A DNA stretch of 64,000 nt. Source: Gracilinanus agilis (Eukaryota). Below are positions 1-13,798 of this stretch, in pieces. Location: assembly GCF_016433145.1 (NCBI RefSeq), contig NC_058131.1, forward strand, positions 714,479,988 through 714,543,987, given 5' to 3'. Position 1 is the stretch's first letter; each line of letters opens with the position of its first letter. Under the pieces are notes generated by a model that saw nothing but the letters and a program-made list of their open reading frames with translations, was not told the DNA's origin and did not search any database. The translations under genes and the position numbers were made by a program.

Positions 1-204
1 TATTATATATATACATATATATTATGTATATATTTATGTATATATAATAATGAAAAAAAAGAATATCTCCAGTTTCTCAGACAACTTCCCCAGAGTGAAC
101 TTGCCTTGGTTCAAAACCTGAAATCAAATTATTAATGAATTGAATGTAAGTATAGAAGCTGTTATGTAACAACTAATCCATAAGCGTCACAATATCTGAG
201 GGGA

Positions 205-370
205 TCAGAGACTTAGCATTATAAGGGAACTTAGAAGCTAGCTAGTCTAAGTGTCTCATTTTACAGATAAGGAAAATGATGCTGACAGATGATTTGCGAA
301 AGATCCTATAGCTAGTAAAAGGCAGAACTAGGATTTGAACCCAGTTTTCCTCATTCTAGGAAACACACTT
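205..370 (-). mobile_element. MIR/MIR3 fragment (representative; similar fragments at about 3065-3230, 5215-5330, 10520-10740, 11720-11900, 12250-12430 and 34410-34750)
   Basis: CORE motif CTCATTTTACAGATAAGGAAA...GGATTTGAACCCAG. Confidence 0.75.
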
Positions 371-2154
371 TACATACTACCATGATGCCTCTCCCTAAAT
401 ACTGCTTGAACTTAAGGAGATGTATGTGTAATTATTACATATGAAAAGATCATGTAAAAATAAATATGGCAATGTAGTTTTATGTTTCTATTTCTAAGTG
501 TATAATCTTTTGAGAAATTTTCACTAAGTACCCATTCATTCACTGCTCATGGAATGAGCTTATAAGCTGGCAATAGATGGCAAAAGTTAAGGAAATATCC
601 TTATTTTTTGACACAATTTTTCCATTTTGGCAGTGATAACATCAAGAGGTTATTAAAAGCAATGTCCACCATTACAATCTGTGGAAGATGTTCCTAGCAA
701 AAATATATGCAATTATTCTCAACACCAAAAAACCCAGAAACAAACAAACAAACAAAAAACTAAAAAGAATCTACATAATAGTTGAGGGTGGGTGGTTAAA
801 TCAGAGTATGCTAATATAATGAAATTGTATATTGCAATTGAAACTGACAACTTTAAGGAATACAAGTAATTTGAGTGGGAAAAGACAGCTCCAGAAGGAA
901 TTTTAGCTATGATCATCTGAGATGAATTAAATGAGGATAAAGGGACAATGAATTCTAATGGGGAACTTGGCAGGAATGATTGAAATAGTATTTTGATACT
1001 TTGCACATTGAAATTAATTAATTTAAATTTAAATATTCACTAAGCAAGTTTAGTTGAATATATTGCTGGTTCAGGGTACATTTTGCCTAAAACATTAAAA
1101 AATGTCTTGATGGTCATCGAACTTTAAAGGGAAACACATTTATCTAGGTCATATAATTAACAATCAGTTAGAAGCAAAACACAAAAATTATTGTCTGTGA
1201 TAAATTCAGTTATAGGAACAGGAATAAACAAATTGTTTGGGAAAGAAATCGGACTTTGGGAGAAGAGATTTGTGATAATAGTATCAGGGATGATGAGGAT
1301 AGTGGGGGGGTGGGATATTGGAATGATACCAAAAGAATAACTGGAGAAAAATATGAGCACTTCCCCACCCTTTCTCAAATCAATTCCATGATCAAAGTCC
1401 CATTTATACCATCTCATTTAGGCCTTTTGTAGTCATAGAATAAGTTTTCAGTGTAAGGTGATCATATAATTCTATGTATATCTTTAATAGTTAAATATGT
1501 ATACACAAACACACACAAATTTTTACATATATGTGTGTTAATAGGTCTATGAACCCCCTTCAGTGTCTCCATAGTAAGACAGAATCTAGAACTATCGATC
1601 AATGAATTCCTTGTTATCCTTCCCCATTAGTTTGCCCACCCTTTTATTGTAAATAGTCACCCAGAAAGCACTGAAAAATGATTTACTTTTATGTGGAGAC
1701 AAAACATTTTCAAAAAGCACAGACAAAAACAAAACAAAATTTATAGTTTTTCTGGTAGTTATGTGACAAGGAAGGTGGAGGAAGAAGAGAAGGGAGAAAT
1801 TCATAGTATCGTTAATGGAAAGGAAATAGTAGGGAAGCAGAAAAATGTATCTAGGAAGACAACTCAAGTAGGTCAGTAAGCCAGTCAGGAGTTCATCTTC
1901 TCATGATTATGTTCAGTTAAAAGTAGCAGCACTCTATTTTAAATCACCTGGTGTGAACCCATTCCACAGGTTTCTTTCACCTTGAAAATTCCTCAAAGTC
2001 TTTCCTCCTACAAATTTCCCCATCTCCATCCCCATCCCAGACTTTACATTATTATTATCCTTCAGGCCCTCATTCTAACTAGAATACCAACAAAAAACTC
2101 TATATTTCTTAAAATCCCCCTTACCAAAAAAAGACTCTTTTCAAATATGCCCAA

Positions 2155-2156
<2 letters not shown>

Positions 2157-2199
<43 letters not shown>

Positions 2200-2213
2200 T
2201 GCACACATGCACA
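2157..2213 (+). repeat. (CA)n microsatellite with degenerate tail
   Basis: Direct reading. Confidence 0.98.
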
Positions 2214-3468
2214 TAGAGAAACAGTAAAAAAGGAGAGAAGGGGGAAGAGAGAGAAAGAGATAATTAGAAAAGGAAGAAGAGAATAGGAAGTGGGATACCA
2301 GTGAAATGGATTGAGCCAAGTCTGAATAAGGCAACAAGTGTTGATTAAGTTCCTATTAGATTCAAACAATGTGCTAAACACAGGAGATGTGGTATTGAGG
2401 TGAAAGCCTTGGGTTTCGACCTCATCTCTAACACTTCTTATTTGCCTATGGAAAAATCCCCTAAAATCACCTTAAACACCTCTTTAAGATTTTAAGAATC
2501 TATACTTTTCCTTTAAATCTTTTATGAATTTCCATGTATGTAAATACCCACTGTACCAAGCATCATTGTAACCCTAGTTTTCTTAATTTTAAAGCATTTG
2601 AGCATAGTAAAGACCCCCTTTTCTTAGGTTAGTGAGGGGAAACTCTTAGATTGTGATTCTTTATCAATAGAAAATATTGCTTTTAGTTCTATCCTTAGGC
2701 AACTGTCCTCTTCCTGGGACTCCCAATGGCTCTTAAATACAGATATATTCTCTGATCGGAAGACTTAGTGGAGAAAAGTTACCACACTGATGTCAAACCA
2801 TCCTCTTATTCCTAAGGTTTCAAAATGAACAAGTATTGATTAAAGTGGGATGCTGGGTGTCAGAGAGCTGAACTGAATTGATTTAGCTTGATGCTTTCCA
2901 ATCAAGTAGCTTAGGTTAAAAAAAAAAATAAAAACTAGGTCATTGAACAGAAGATATGACAAATACTTACAGGCGTCAGTTTAGATAGGTTTCCTGATTT
3001 CAAGTCCCTGTTGTGATTTTGTCACACCATTGAATCCATAGGCTCATATTCTGACATACAAATGAGAAATTTAGTAAGGTTTTGAAATCAAGAAGGATTT
3101 CATTCAAACTCTTTGTCTCTGACACTTACTAGCTATGTGACTATGGGCAAATCCCTGAAGGAGTCTGAATTTCAAGCTTCTCACCCATGGAAAGAGTATA
3201 ATAATATCTATAGTAACTTTATCATCAGGTTTCTCTAAAGTTTAAAAGTAATATTATATGCAGGAATATCTGTATCTCAAAGAACAATAGAAGAATTGTT
3301 GATATTAGAGAGATTACAGACTCTACAATCTGATCAATACCTCTAATGATACTATGGAAGTCTGATATTTTCTCATTAATAGTACTTACAGGAAAATCCC
3401 ACAAATTGCTAATACAAGGTAGAGTTTTAGGATCGTACATTATGAACGAAAAGTTATCTTAAAAGTGT

Positions 3469-3726
3469 GTAGAAACACAGAGGAAAAACAACTGCTTGAG
3501 CACATGGGCTGATGGGGATATTATTGGGGATGAAGACACTAAATGATAACTCTAGTGCAACTATCAATATAATATGGAATTAGATCTTGATCAATGATAC
3601 ATGTAAAACCCCATGTAATTGGGCAGTGACTAAGGGGGTTTGGGGGGGGGTTTGGGAGAGGGGAAGAAGATGAAACATGTAACCATGGGAAAATATTCAA
3701 AATAAAAATAAAAATATAATTTTTAA
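3469..3726 (+). mobile_element. 5'-truncated LINE-1 3'UTR
   Basis: L1_Mdo-type 3'UTR (G-rich tract, CATGTAACCATGG, A-rich tail) with TSD AAAAGTGT at 3461-3468 and 3727-3734. Confidence 0.85.
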
Positions 3727-4073
3727 AAAAGTGTTGTGTCAACAGATTTGGAAAACTGAGACCCAAAGAAGTGAAAACACTAGACTAAGAAAGGAAATGG
3801 AATAAATGGTGCAGTCAGAATTTATCTCTAAATACTTTGACTCCAAATGGATGTTCTTTTGTTAGTACAACATTCATCTAAGGCTCATTTGGGGAAAGTT
3901 TTGTGGAAATGACTTAACTTTTCTTTGCAGGTTCTTAGAAAGATATGCTCTGGATATGGAGTATTCATTTCTGAAGGGTCTACAGATACCTCTTGGTGTT
4001 TGTGCCATAAGAGCTAAATAGTGTGCCTAGGTTTAGGATTTTCTCTTGGCTTCCTAACTGTGGTTAAACATTT

Positions 4074-4304
4074 ATTTATTTATTTATTTATTTGTTTGTT
4101 TGTTTGTTTGTTTATTTATTTGTTTTTTAAAACCCTTAACTTCTGTGTATTGGCTCCTAGGTGGAAGAGTAGTTAGGGTAGGCAATGGAGGTCAAGCAAC
4201 TTGCCCAGGGTCATACAGCTGGGAAGTGTCTGAGTCAGTATTTGAACCTAGGACCTCCCATCTCTAGGCCTGACTCTCAATCCACTGAGCTACCCAGCTG
4301 CCCC
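4074..4304 (-). mobile_element. SINE1_Mdo/SINE-1_MD-type SINE with (TTTA/TTTG)n tail
   Basis: Full-length reverse copy. TSD TGTGGTTAAACATTT (4059-4073) / TGTGGTTAGATATTT (4305-4319). Confidence 0.95.
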
Positions 4305-7133
4305 TGTGGTTAGATATTTAGAAAGAAACCATACCTGGAGCTCAAAGGCTGAAGCTTGCCTGAAAAATCCCATGCCAGTTGAGTGTGAAAGCTGCCCGGC
4401 CACTGTTCCCATCAACTACAGTTCTGTGGGGTCATTTGTGGGAAGCAGTTCCTTGCCAGGTCCAGGTTATAGGAGTATGTACTTGAATTTGCCCCTCCTC
4501 CATATATTCAAGTTTAAGAAGAGAATGATAAGGGAAATAACATGTGTTTCTGACCATATTCTGTACCACACATATGCACATATACTTGCATGCACATTCC
4601 CAGAACTATATACAAAAGTACACAATAGCCCAGATGAGTGAGCTTTGGAAAAATGCTTCCAGAAGTCTCACCAGATGATTGTAGATTCTGTCTAAATGCA
4701 GATGTATGTCTAGATTACTTTGGGTTCATAATTAAATTTTCTACAAAGTCTATTTTATCAAATATATTTCATTCCACCCCCACTTAAAAAATGAAACAAA
4801 ACACTAGGTGATTGTCCATGAAATCAGGTATATGACTTTTTTTTAAGAGAAAGGAGATGTGCAAATGTTAAATTGTTGAAAAGCAGTTTCCTGGGGTTTT
4901 TATTCAGATTATCTTTACCCATGTAGGAATGGGGAATAAAGAGAGGAGGGAGGAAAGTGAGGACCTTTGATTCAAAATATCCACCTTCCTTAATTGTACT
5001 GTGAGATAAATTTGGGAGCCTTCCATTTGTTTAATAACCAATTAATCCTATTTGCCAGACATGTGAATATGTGAATCTAAGTGGATTTGACATAATCCCT
5101 TTTGGAGCAGGTGGACAGATGGCCAGCCAGGGCAGTACCAGTAAAGCCTCCTTTAGCTTCTGAGAAATGAACTATTCTGGATAAGTGAATTTTCAAGATA
5201 CCTAGGATCAAAAATCTTGATCTAAGGCTTGAAGGGATTCCATAGACAATTGAGTCCCACTCCTTACTTTACAAATGAGAAAACTAAGAGGAAGGGAATT
5301 TTAAATGACTTGCCCTAGATTACATTTATATAAAACTAGAAGAGAACTTGGTAACTAACTAGACCAACTCCTCATCACTTTCCAAATGAAGAACCTGGCA
5401 ATCCATGGCAGTGAAGTGCACTTCATCAAACCAGAACCAAGGAACATAAAAAAATAGCACTCTGAGTCCTCTGACCAAATGTTTTCTTCTTTGCATGGCA
5501 CCGTGTTGCCCTGAATATTTGTTTTCTGGATGCATGTGGTTAGGAATCTGTCTTAAACATGATATGCCTTAGCACTCTGAATCAGAGTATATACCCTAAT
5601 CTGTAACTTGAAATTGCTATGGAGGCATATTCATTTGGGGAGAAATGTATTTAAGGTATAACTTTCTCTATGCATGGTTAGTGTAGAATGGAAACAGATC
5701 TTAAACTTTGATAGTAACCAGAATGTAGAGAGTACAGAAAGGACTTTCAAGGAGAAGAGGTAGCTGTAGAATGATGATCACAATGAGAGGATGTGAAACT
5801 AGTTTTGAAGATTCAGAGATATGCTGTCTGTTTTCTTTTGACCTGTCTGTGGATCTGGGTATACTCAAGGAACAACTACCATAGGAGGAGGTGCCACATA
5901 ATGTGTTGGAGCTGCTAAGGGTTAGGATTGTCTTTTAACATGGAACTGGCATTGTAGTTAGTCTCATATAGAGATTGACTCAAGGCCTTGGGAATTTCCA
6001 AACTGAATAAATCTAGTAGTAAGCAATCCTCAGGGATAGAGGGAGAATCACAATCATCCCTCATTCCTACCATCCTTTGAGGTTAATTCCTGGCCAAAGA
6101 AGACTAGTTCTAGCTCAAAGCATATGAGACATAAATTACACATTTTTTGAAGTCTTAATCATTATGAATACTTATCATCCCTATGGGTGTAGATATAAGA
6201 TTATGGGGGTGAGGGGCATCTCAATGAACTTGCTGGCTATTTACATACTATACTCATCAACATCCACAGTAAATACCACTCTGCCTGCTCAACATGGACT
6301 GAACTAGGCTAGATGCTAAGTGCTCAAAATGTCATATTGATGTCCTTATGTACTCAGAAGACCCAGGTGACTGTTAATTTCCCATCCACCACCCCAATCC
6401 CCAACATTGTAGAAAAGCTTTAATACCAGTAGTTTTCAAGGCCATTGGACAGAGAAAGTTCTTAGCATGTGATCCAAAAGGAATAGGCTACATCAGATGA
6501 CCTCTAATTTTTCTTCCAGCTCTAAATTTATAGTCCTATGAAACTGGGTGAGAAGAGAATTACATAATTCAATTCACTAAGCTTATGTGCCAAGTATAAT
6601 GCCACTAGATGCCAGTGATTTGAATCAAAAAGAAAAATCATTTCAGGCCCTTGAACAACTTATAAGATATGTAAATAAAGTAAAAGTTGTATATAGACAA
6701 AAGTAAATGAACAATTAGATAGAAAATATATGCATGGTAGGAAGCCTGTTTTCTCAAGGGTTGAAGAGAGTAGGGTAGGGAATAGAAAAAAAGGAGACAA
6801 AATGAAGCAGTGGAGCAAAGATTAGAGTGATCTACTGGCAGTAGAGAAGAGAGCTAGTGAAGGAGATAGGAGCATAAGCCTTCATAAGAGCAGTGGCCTT
6901 CAAGGACAGTGAAAATTCCTCAGAATTAGTATTTGACTCATTCATGGTCATTATCTATATTTTCCTAGAACATCCCTTTTTTTTCCAGAATGGCCTTGAA
7001 TCCACTCTACAATAAATCCTTAGTCTAAATATTCCTTGATATGTATTTGCTCACCAAATATTGGTTCTCTTGGTTCGTCTAATGGTGGATCAAAGCTCAA
7101 CAATTAAATGATCTTGAGATTTTGACTTGAGAC

Positions 7134-7791
7134 TGTAAAAAGGTAGTTGGTTTTGGGAATGGATTAAATTGGGCCAATGTGTTTAGGTTAACGGTGGAAT
7201 AATAGACTCAGTCCAGGTAAAACCTGTTCTGAGTTAACAAATACAGACCAATATATATCAAAGATGAATGATGGATTTATTAAACAAGGGAAGGGAAAAA
7301 GGGAAGTTTGGATAATCCTAATCTTTAATGCCAACTACCTAAACCCCAGATCTAAATATTTTTACATAGATTTATTCAGAATGATTTCCTACTCTACTCC
7401 TCTCCTTATTTTCTAAAATCCCAGTTCCTGTTCTTGACTAAACTAACACTAAACTCCATCTTTGCTGGTTTTAAGGAAAGGGTTTGTGTAAACCTAATAG
7501 AGCCCAAAGAAGGTCCAAGATCCAAAATGATCTAGGCTTAGTTTCATAATCAGTTGCCAGATGTCTCAGGATCAACAAGAACTCAGCAGATATCAACCAG
7601 CCAGCAGGGAAGGTAGGAAACAACCAATAGAAAATAGCCAAGTCCCTCTAGGGCAAAACCCAGCACAAGTTCAACTGTCACTTAGTAACAGGTCAGGTCT
7701 CCCTTGCAGAATTCCAGAATCTTTTACTCTTCTGCCCATGCCTTTGCCCTCTACAAACTTACATACTTTCCTCCTTAACTTCCTTATGACA
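7134..7791 (-). mobile_element. Solo ERV LTR (658 bp, 4 bp TSD, ERV1-like)
   Basis: TG...CA termini (TGTAA / TGACA), exact TSD AGAC at 7130-7133 and 7792-7795, and a minus-strand AATAAA at 7276-7281. Confidence 0.85.
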
Positions 7792-8721
7792 AGACTAGCT
7801 TACGTAGGAATTCAGAATCAGAATCACTAACAGTTCCCTATATCAATTGAAGTGCAAAGACTGGATCCAGGGCAACATTTCTTTATCACTCATAGCTTTA
7901 ACAAATACCCTACTGGCTTCAGGATAATATATTTCAGGATTATAGCACATCTTCAAGATAGGTAAAGTGTGCAAAGTGTTAGATTCTACATTGATACAAT
8001 ACACAAAAACATCAGAGATTTTTGAATAAGTAAAGAGTAACTGGGCTTTCAAACAAGCCTAGAATATTTCATCTGTGGCTGCATATGCAGAACACATGAC
8101 TCATGATTGGTTAAGAGTTGCTTAGCTTAACTTCATTTTCATGTATGAATGATGAAGTTTAGGTCAAACTTATTAGGAGAATGATACCAAATACTCTTCA
8201 TGGAGGATATATGGAGAAAGCAGAAGACATTTGGGAGAACCTTACTCCACAACATATCTCTGATTCCCTGTTTGCTTCTATAGAGACTTTGGAGAATTCC
8301 CTTTGGATAAGGTCAGGATATCTCCCTTGATTTTGATCTGAGATGTTATCTTGCTTCTAGCTACAGAGCTCATTCACTCTTGTGCATTTTCTGGTATATA
8401 TCAATATAGAGAACTCCTCTGATTTCCATTTTATTTTTTTGCTGGGATCAAGGAGTTTATTCATTATTCATTATTGTTAGATTATTTGAATAACCAAGAC
8501 ATAACCTTCTATTAATATAACCAAGACATATCCTTCCATATCTACCCTGGGCAATTCATATAACCTCTTCTTGACTCATTTTTCTGATATATAAAATTGG
8601 GATAGTAAAAGTACCTATCTTCTAGGGTTGTTTTGAAGATCAAATGAGTAATAATTGTAAGGTATTTAACACAGTGCCTGTCCAATAGTAAGCGATATAT
8701 GAATGTTAACTATTATTCTTC

Positions 8722-8968
8722 AGGAAACTAGATGCGGCAATGGATAAAATATAAGGTCAAGAAGACTCATCTTCCTAAGTTCAAATCTGGCCTCAGATAC
8801 TTACTTGTTGTGTGACACTAGTCAGGTCACTTAACCCTGTTTACCTCGGGTTCCTCATCTGTAAAATGAGCTGGAAAAGGAAATGGAAAACCACTCTAGT
8901 GTCTTTGTCAAGAAAATCCCCAGAGGTCTCATGAAGAGTTGGGCACTACTGAAAAATGACTAAACAAC
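8722..8968 (+). mobile_element. MAR1-type CORE-SINE (RTE-derived tail), directly after a MIR at about 8540-8720
   Basis: CORE (GGTTCCTCATCTGTAAAATGAG) followed by CTGGAAAAGGAAATGGAAAACCACTCTAGT...GACTAAACAAC. Confidence 0.85.
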
Positions 8969-9423
8969 TATTATTATTATGTTATCTAGTCATGCTTATA
9001 CCACTAAGTTTTGATGAGAACAATTATATTAATTTCTCACTGCCTTCTTATATTTTATAGATTGTTATTGAGGTAAATTAATAATATGCTATATTATTTA
9101 ATAACCCATATTAATTTATCATGCATCCTTTTCCTCATTTTAGCAGATCCCCACTCTTAGTCTAGATCACCAGGTAGTTTCTGAAGGGTATAATGGAATA
9201 ATGTGATCACTGCTCTCTCTTTGCTTTTCCTCATCAAAGTTAGGGGCAATTTGGTCTCCAAACCAGGAGGAAACTGTCTGAGAGAGGCTATTTTTTTTTC
9301 CTAGCCAAGATTGCCAAAGACAGCTGGGTCTCATAAAGCATTTACCTTTTTCTTAAGTGTCAGAGTGGGGTGATATCAAGCATAGATATCCAGAGTTTAG
9401 CCTTCTTTCTCCACCTACTCATT

Positions 9424-9660
9424 TGTTGTTTAATTATTTCATTCAGGTCCAACTCATGATGACCACATTTGGGGGTTCGTTGTCAAACATAGTAAACAGA
9501 TTTGCCATTTCTTCCTCTGGCTCATTTTACAGATGAGAAAACTTAGATCAACAGGGTTGAGTGATTTACCCAGCACCATACAGTCAGTAAGTTTCTGAGA
9601 GGATTCGAGCTTTGGTCTTACTGACGTCGACCCCTACACTCTATTCATGATACCAGCTAT
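9424..9660 (-). mobile_element. MAR1-type CORE-SINE
   Basis: Reverse of the MAR1 tail and CORE (GCTCATTTTACAGATGAGAAAAC). Confidence 0.8.
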
Positions 9661-9716
9661 AGACTAATCCTATCACTTGAGGATTACTCCCATCTAAGAC
9701 AACCTTCAACCTATTT

Positions 9717-10167
9717 CAGTGATGGTGAATCTATGATATGGGTGTCAAAGATTATAGACAGAGTGCTCTTTGTGGGCATACAGCTACCCTCCCCTTGCCA
9801 GAGTTTAATATTAGAAAGGCAAAGAGATTTGAGCGGAGTTGCTCCTCTCCCCTTCTCCAACGTGCCTTATAATATTTTTTCACATCACTCATCCTTCTGT
9901 TCAGCAGCCCAGTGGGATCTCACAAGGTATAAGGTGGGCAGTTCACAAGTGGCAAAGCTGGAGGGGAGCACAGCACTTGGGCCCCTCCCCTCCTCCTCTG
10001 TATACTTGCTGAGGATATTCCTCACTTCACCTGCCCCTCTTCCCAGAAGCCCAATGGGAGAATTTGTCCCTCTCCTGGTGTGGGTAGGGGGCACAGGAGC
10101 AGGCACCACATTTGGTCTGGGGGTGTCAGGGTCCAGCACTCCATCTCTAAAAGGTTTGCCACCACTG
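9717..10167 (+). mobile_element. Non-autonomous hAT DNA transposon (OposCharlie1/OC1-like MITE), 451 bp
   Basis: TIRs CAGTGATGGTGAATCT / AGGTTTGCCACCACTG and 8 bp TSD ACCTATTT / ACCTATTA. Confidence 0.88.
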
Positions 10168-13100
10168 ACCTATTAAAATGTTAATCAATCAGGATTATCT
10201 TGCCTTTGCAATGGGAGCTCCAAATGATATAGAGTCAGGCCAATGAGAAGGAAGAGACACCTGTGCTTAAAAGGCCTTGTCATCCCTCACTTCTGGTCTA
10301 TTATCATTGAGAAACAGAGGGCATAGACCCAATTTCTTGGCTATTACTAGCCAAATCAATGAATTAATCATGCTCAGGACCCTGGCTTTTGCTGAGGTGT
10401 CAGTGGGACCCATTTTACTAACAGTTTAGCTATTGCTGTTATTAAAATGATATTTTTCTCCGGACAAAACTATATCTTAGCATCATTTTTATTCACTACA
10501 ATATAGATTAAGAAAAACTAAGCAGTATACCTAGAACAGAATTGGAGTCAGGACAACTGTATCAAATCCTGTGGCTGACAGTGGCTGTATGAGCTCAACT
10601 CTTTCTCTGTATCTTACTTTTCTCATCTGTAGAAATGGGGATCAGACATCTGTGTCCCTTCCATACCTTAGTATGTTGTTGTGAGGTTCAAATGAGTTAA
10701 TGTATTTAAAGTATCCTTTAAATGTTAAAGTGCTTTTTTCCATAGCAGTTATTTCTTTCTTGTTTCTCTATTTGCTTGAAATTACTGTATACCCATTTTA
10801 TTATGCTGATTTCTCTTCTTCGATAACAGATATTCTCTGTAATAATTGGTTTTGCAATTTTTTTCCTCTCAAATCTTAATTTAAAGCCCTTTTTTCTTCA
10901 GTTGGCTGAGTTGCCTGTCATAGGCATGCTTCCAATTCTGGGTAGGATGGATTCCAGCCTTTGTCATGAGTCTCTTCTTTTGCTAAGGCATTCCCTTAAA
11001 AAAGCAAATCCCTTTCATTTAAGTAGTTGACTGTTCATATCCTATATCTTTCTTGATCCCATAAAGTCATAGCCTTCACCTTAAACTAGGATGGAAAACA
11101 TTGCCTGCAGCCTCAGGTCTTTGAATATCTGACCTAGAAATTTAACATGACTAGAGATACAGATATTTAAAGTTTCTCTAGCTCTTGCCATTTATTTCAC
11201 CTAAATTAAAAGGAGTCAATGATAATCTTAATGTGTCTTGACAGGCTCTCTATAATGTCTCATTTAAAATCATGTCATCAGTTTTTTGTTAAAATGAAAC
11301 ATTTATTAAGCACCTAGTGGGTGCTGAACTAAACTCATAAATACATGATCAATTGGTTGATTAATTATAGAACCCCAATAGGTCATTGTTGGCATGTTTG
11401 GAGCCCAAAAGGTATTAAGTTCTAAGCAAAAATTATATTCACATCATCAAATATTTAGGTAAAGATTTTCATTTAGTTAGGGGGAGTTTACTATTCTCAT
11501 ACATAAGGCATCAGTTCACTTTGGGATGATTCTAATTGTTGGGAGTTATTTTAAATATTGAGCTGAAATATAATTTTCTTTACCTTCTACTATAAATTTC
11601 TTGGTTCTTCTTTCTCAGGTAAAGCAGAAGGTAACTTACAAATATTTGAAGCCAAATATCATGGGCAATAATTTAAATTCACATAACACTTTAGGGTTTA
11701 AAAACACTTTGCAAAATATGATCTTGTTTGATTACCATGATAACTCTAAGAAATTGGTGCTACAGATGAGGAAATTGAGGCACAGAAGGTTAAATGACTT
11801 ACCCTTGCCCCACTTGTCATCCTAAGTCTAAGTATATGAGGGGATTTGATCTCTAGACTTTCTGACTCCAAATCTAACTCTATCCATTGTCCTACCGAGT
11901 TCTCTCTGCCATATTATCTCAATGTCCTGAAAAATAAGCTTATCTTATCACAACCCATGAGTGTATTTCAATTTTTACAACCATTTTTAGTTTATTTTTG
12001 CCACATCACAATCATGGTTTGTATTAAACTTGTAACATATATATTTATATACATATATATATATACACACATATATGTTATTTGTATTTTTATATATTTG
12101 TATATAATTTGTAAATAATATATATGTATATTATTTGTAACATATGTATATATATATATATATATAATATTTTTGCAATAAATATCACCTAACCATTACT
12201 CTACAGTCTTCTACTTAGGATATTGATCATTTGAACTCACATGGAAGGCAAACTGTTTTNGTAGGTTCTATTATGATCCCCATTTCACAGATGAGGAAGC
12301 TGAAGTATACAAAGGTTAAGTGACTTATCCAAGATCACACCATTTTTGAATGTTGAAACTTAATTTAAACTCAGGACTTCTAGAGTCCAGGTTTAGCACT
12401 TTTTTAATTTGGACACCTATTTGTCTAGATGACCTCCAGGATCCATTTCAGGTATTTTGACCACTGAAGATTATCTTCAGTGAGATAGGAATGTTGGGAT
12501 CTCCACTTATCAGGGAGTAATCATGTCAGCAAAGTAATAAATGTTTATAATGTTGATGTAAGATCAATGTGGTATGTTAAAAATTTCTTAAATATAATGA
12601 ACGGATACCAATCTGCCTGGCTTAGTAGGAATGGACAGTACCATGGGTGAAAAAAGGAGAGCTTCATGATGATTGAACAGATTGGAAATGATATTATGGA
12701 GAAGTTTTCATAAATGCCAAAGAGAAAAGGGAGATCATTTCTGAGAAGGAAAACAGCCCAAGGAAAGAATCAAAGATGTGGATGAAGTGATTTTCCTTTC
12801 AAAAGAGCACTGAGAGGGACCTTATGAGTCATCTGGTTCAATAATTTCAGAGGAGGAAAGGAAGTAATAGGAATTGAGGTGACACATCCACAATCACTCA
12901 AGGCTGAAGTTAAAAAAGCCTGGCTTGGAGCATACCTTACTGGAAGCCAAATGCAGCAGAATTTCCACAAGGCTCTGTGGCCATGTTGGTCATTCCCCTC
13001 ACCCTTGAACAATCATTGAATTACATTTTGTCATCAAAATCATGAAAAATGTGACATTGTCAAGCCACTTTGATTTTTGCCTTGTCCATGGATTATTTAT

Positions 13101-13725
13101 TTATTTATCTATCTATTTATTTATTTATTTATTTATTTTTGTATCTCAGATGTCTCTGATAGTCTAATGAGGTCCAGAGACACCTTCTTGCAAGAGTAGG
13201 TTTAAATTCATGACCTGAAGTTCATAGTGAAGCAGACAGGGAAAACCTGCATTCCCAAGGAACCAGGAAACCAGCCCTTCATCAATTTGTAACTCCCCAT
13301 GGCTAAGTTTATGCTAAGGTGCGAGAGAGTCTGTGGGAACTGTAAAAAGGCTCACTCCCCTTGCCTGTAGCAAATTTATGCCAGGACTTATGGCTTCACT
13401 GATAACACTGGAATCTTGAGAAACTGTTAAAAAGTCATTTGAGGGAGTTATTGTTTTGCCGACATAATATCTGTATGAACACATATGTATTCTTTGTTTA
13501 AAACTACCAATTTCCTTCTATGGTGCATGTGCCAAAAGTAGAGTCCTTGCTCCTATATATTCTGTTCCTAAACCTTCATTCTGGGCGGCACTGCTCCATA
13601 AGAGATTTGCACTGGCCAGCATAATAAAGATTCCTGCAATTTGGATTTCTCGATGTTTGTACACTATTGAATGAAGTTTGCTTCATTTCAGTAGGATTGC
13701 AAAGGAAACCACATATATTCAGTAG

Positions 13726-13728
<3 letters not shown>

Positions 13729-13798
<70 letters not shown>
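13729..13798 (+). repeat. (CA)n(TA)n compound microsatellite
   Basis: Direct reading. Confidence 0.98.

Noticed and set aside
4306-4641. 111 aa ORF and a minus-strand donor-like CCAG|GTATGG at about 4333
   Set aside because: The ORF has no homology I recognise, and the minus-strand segment has stops in all three frames and no clear acceptor.
9733-10176. 147 aa ORF
   Set aside because: It lies entirely within the hAT MITE and has no transposase motifs.
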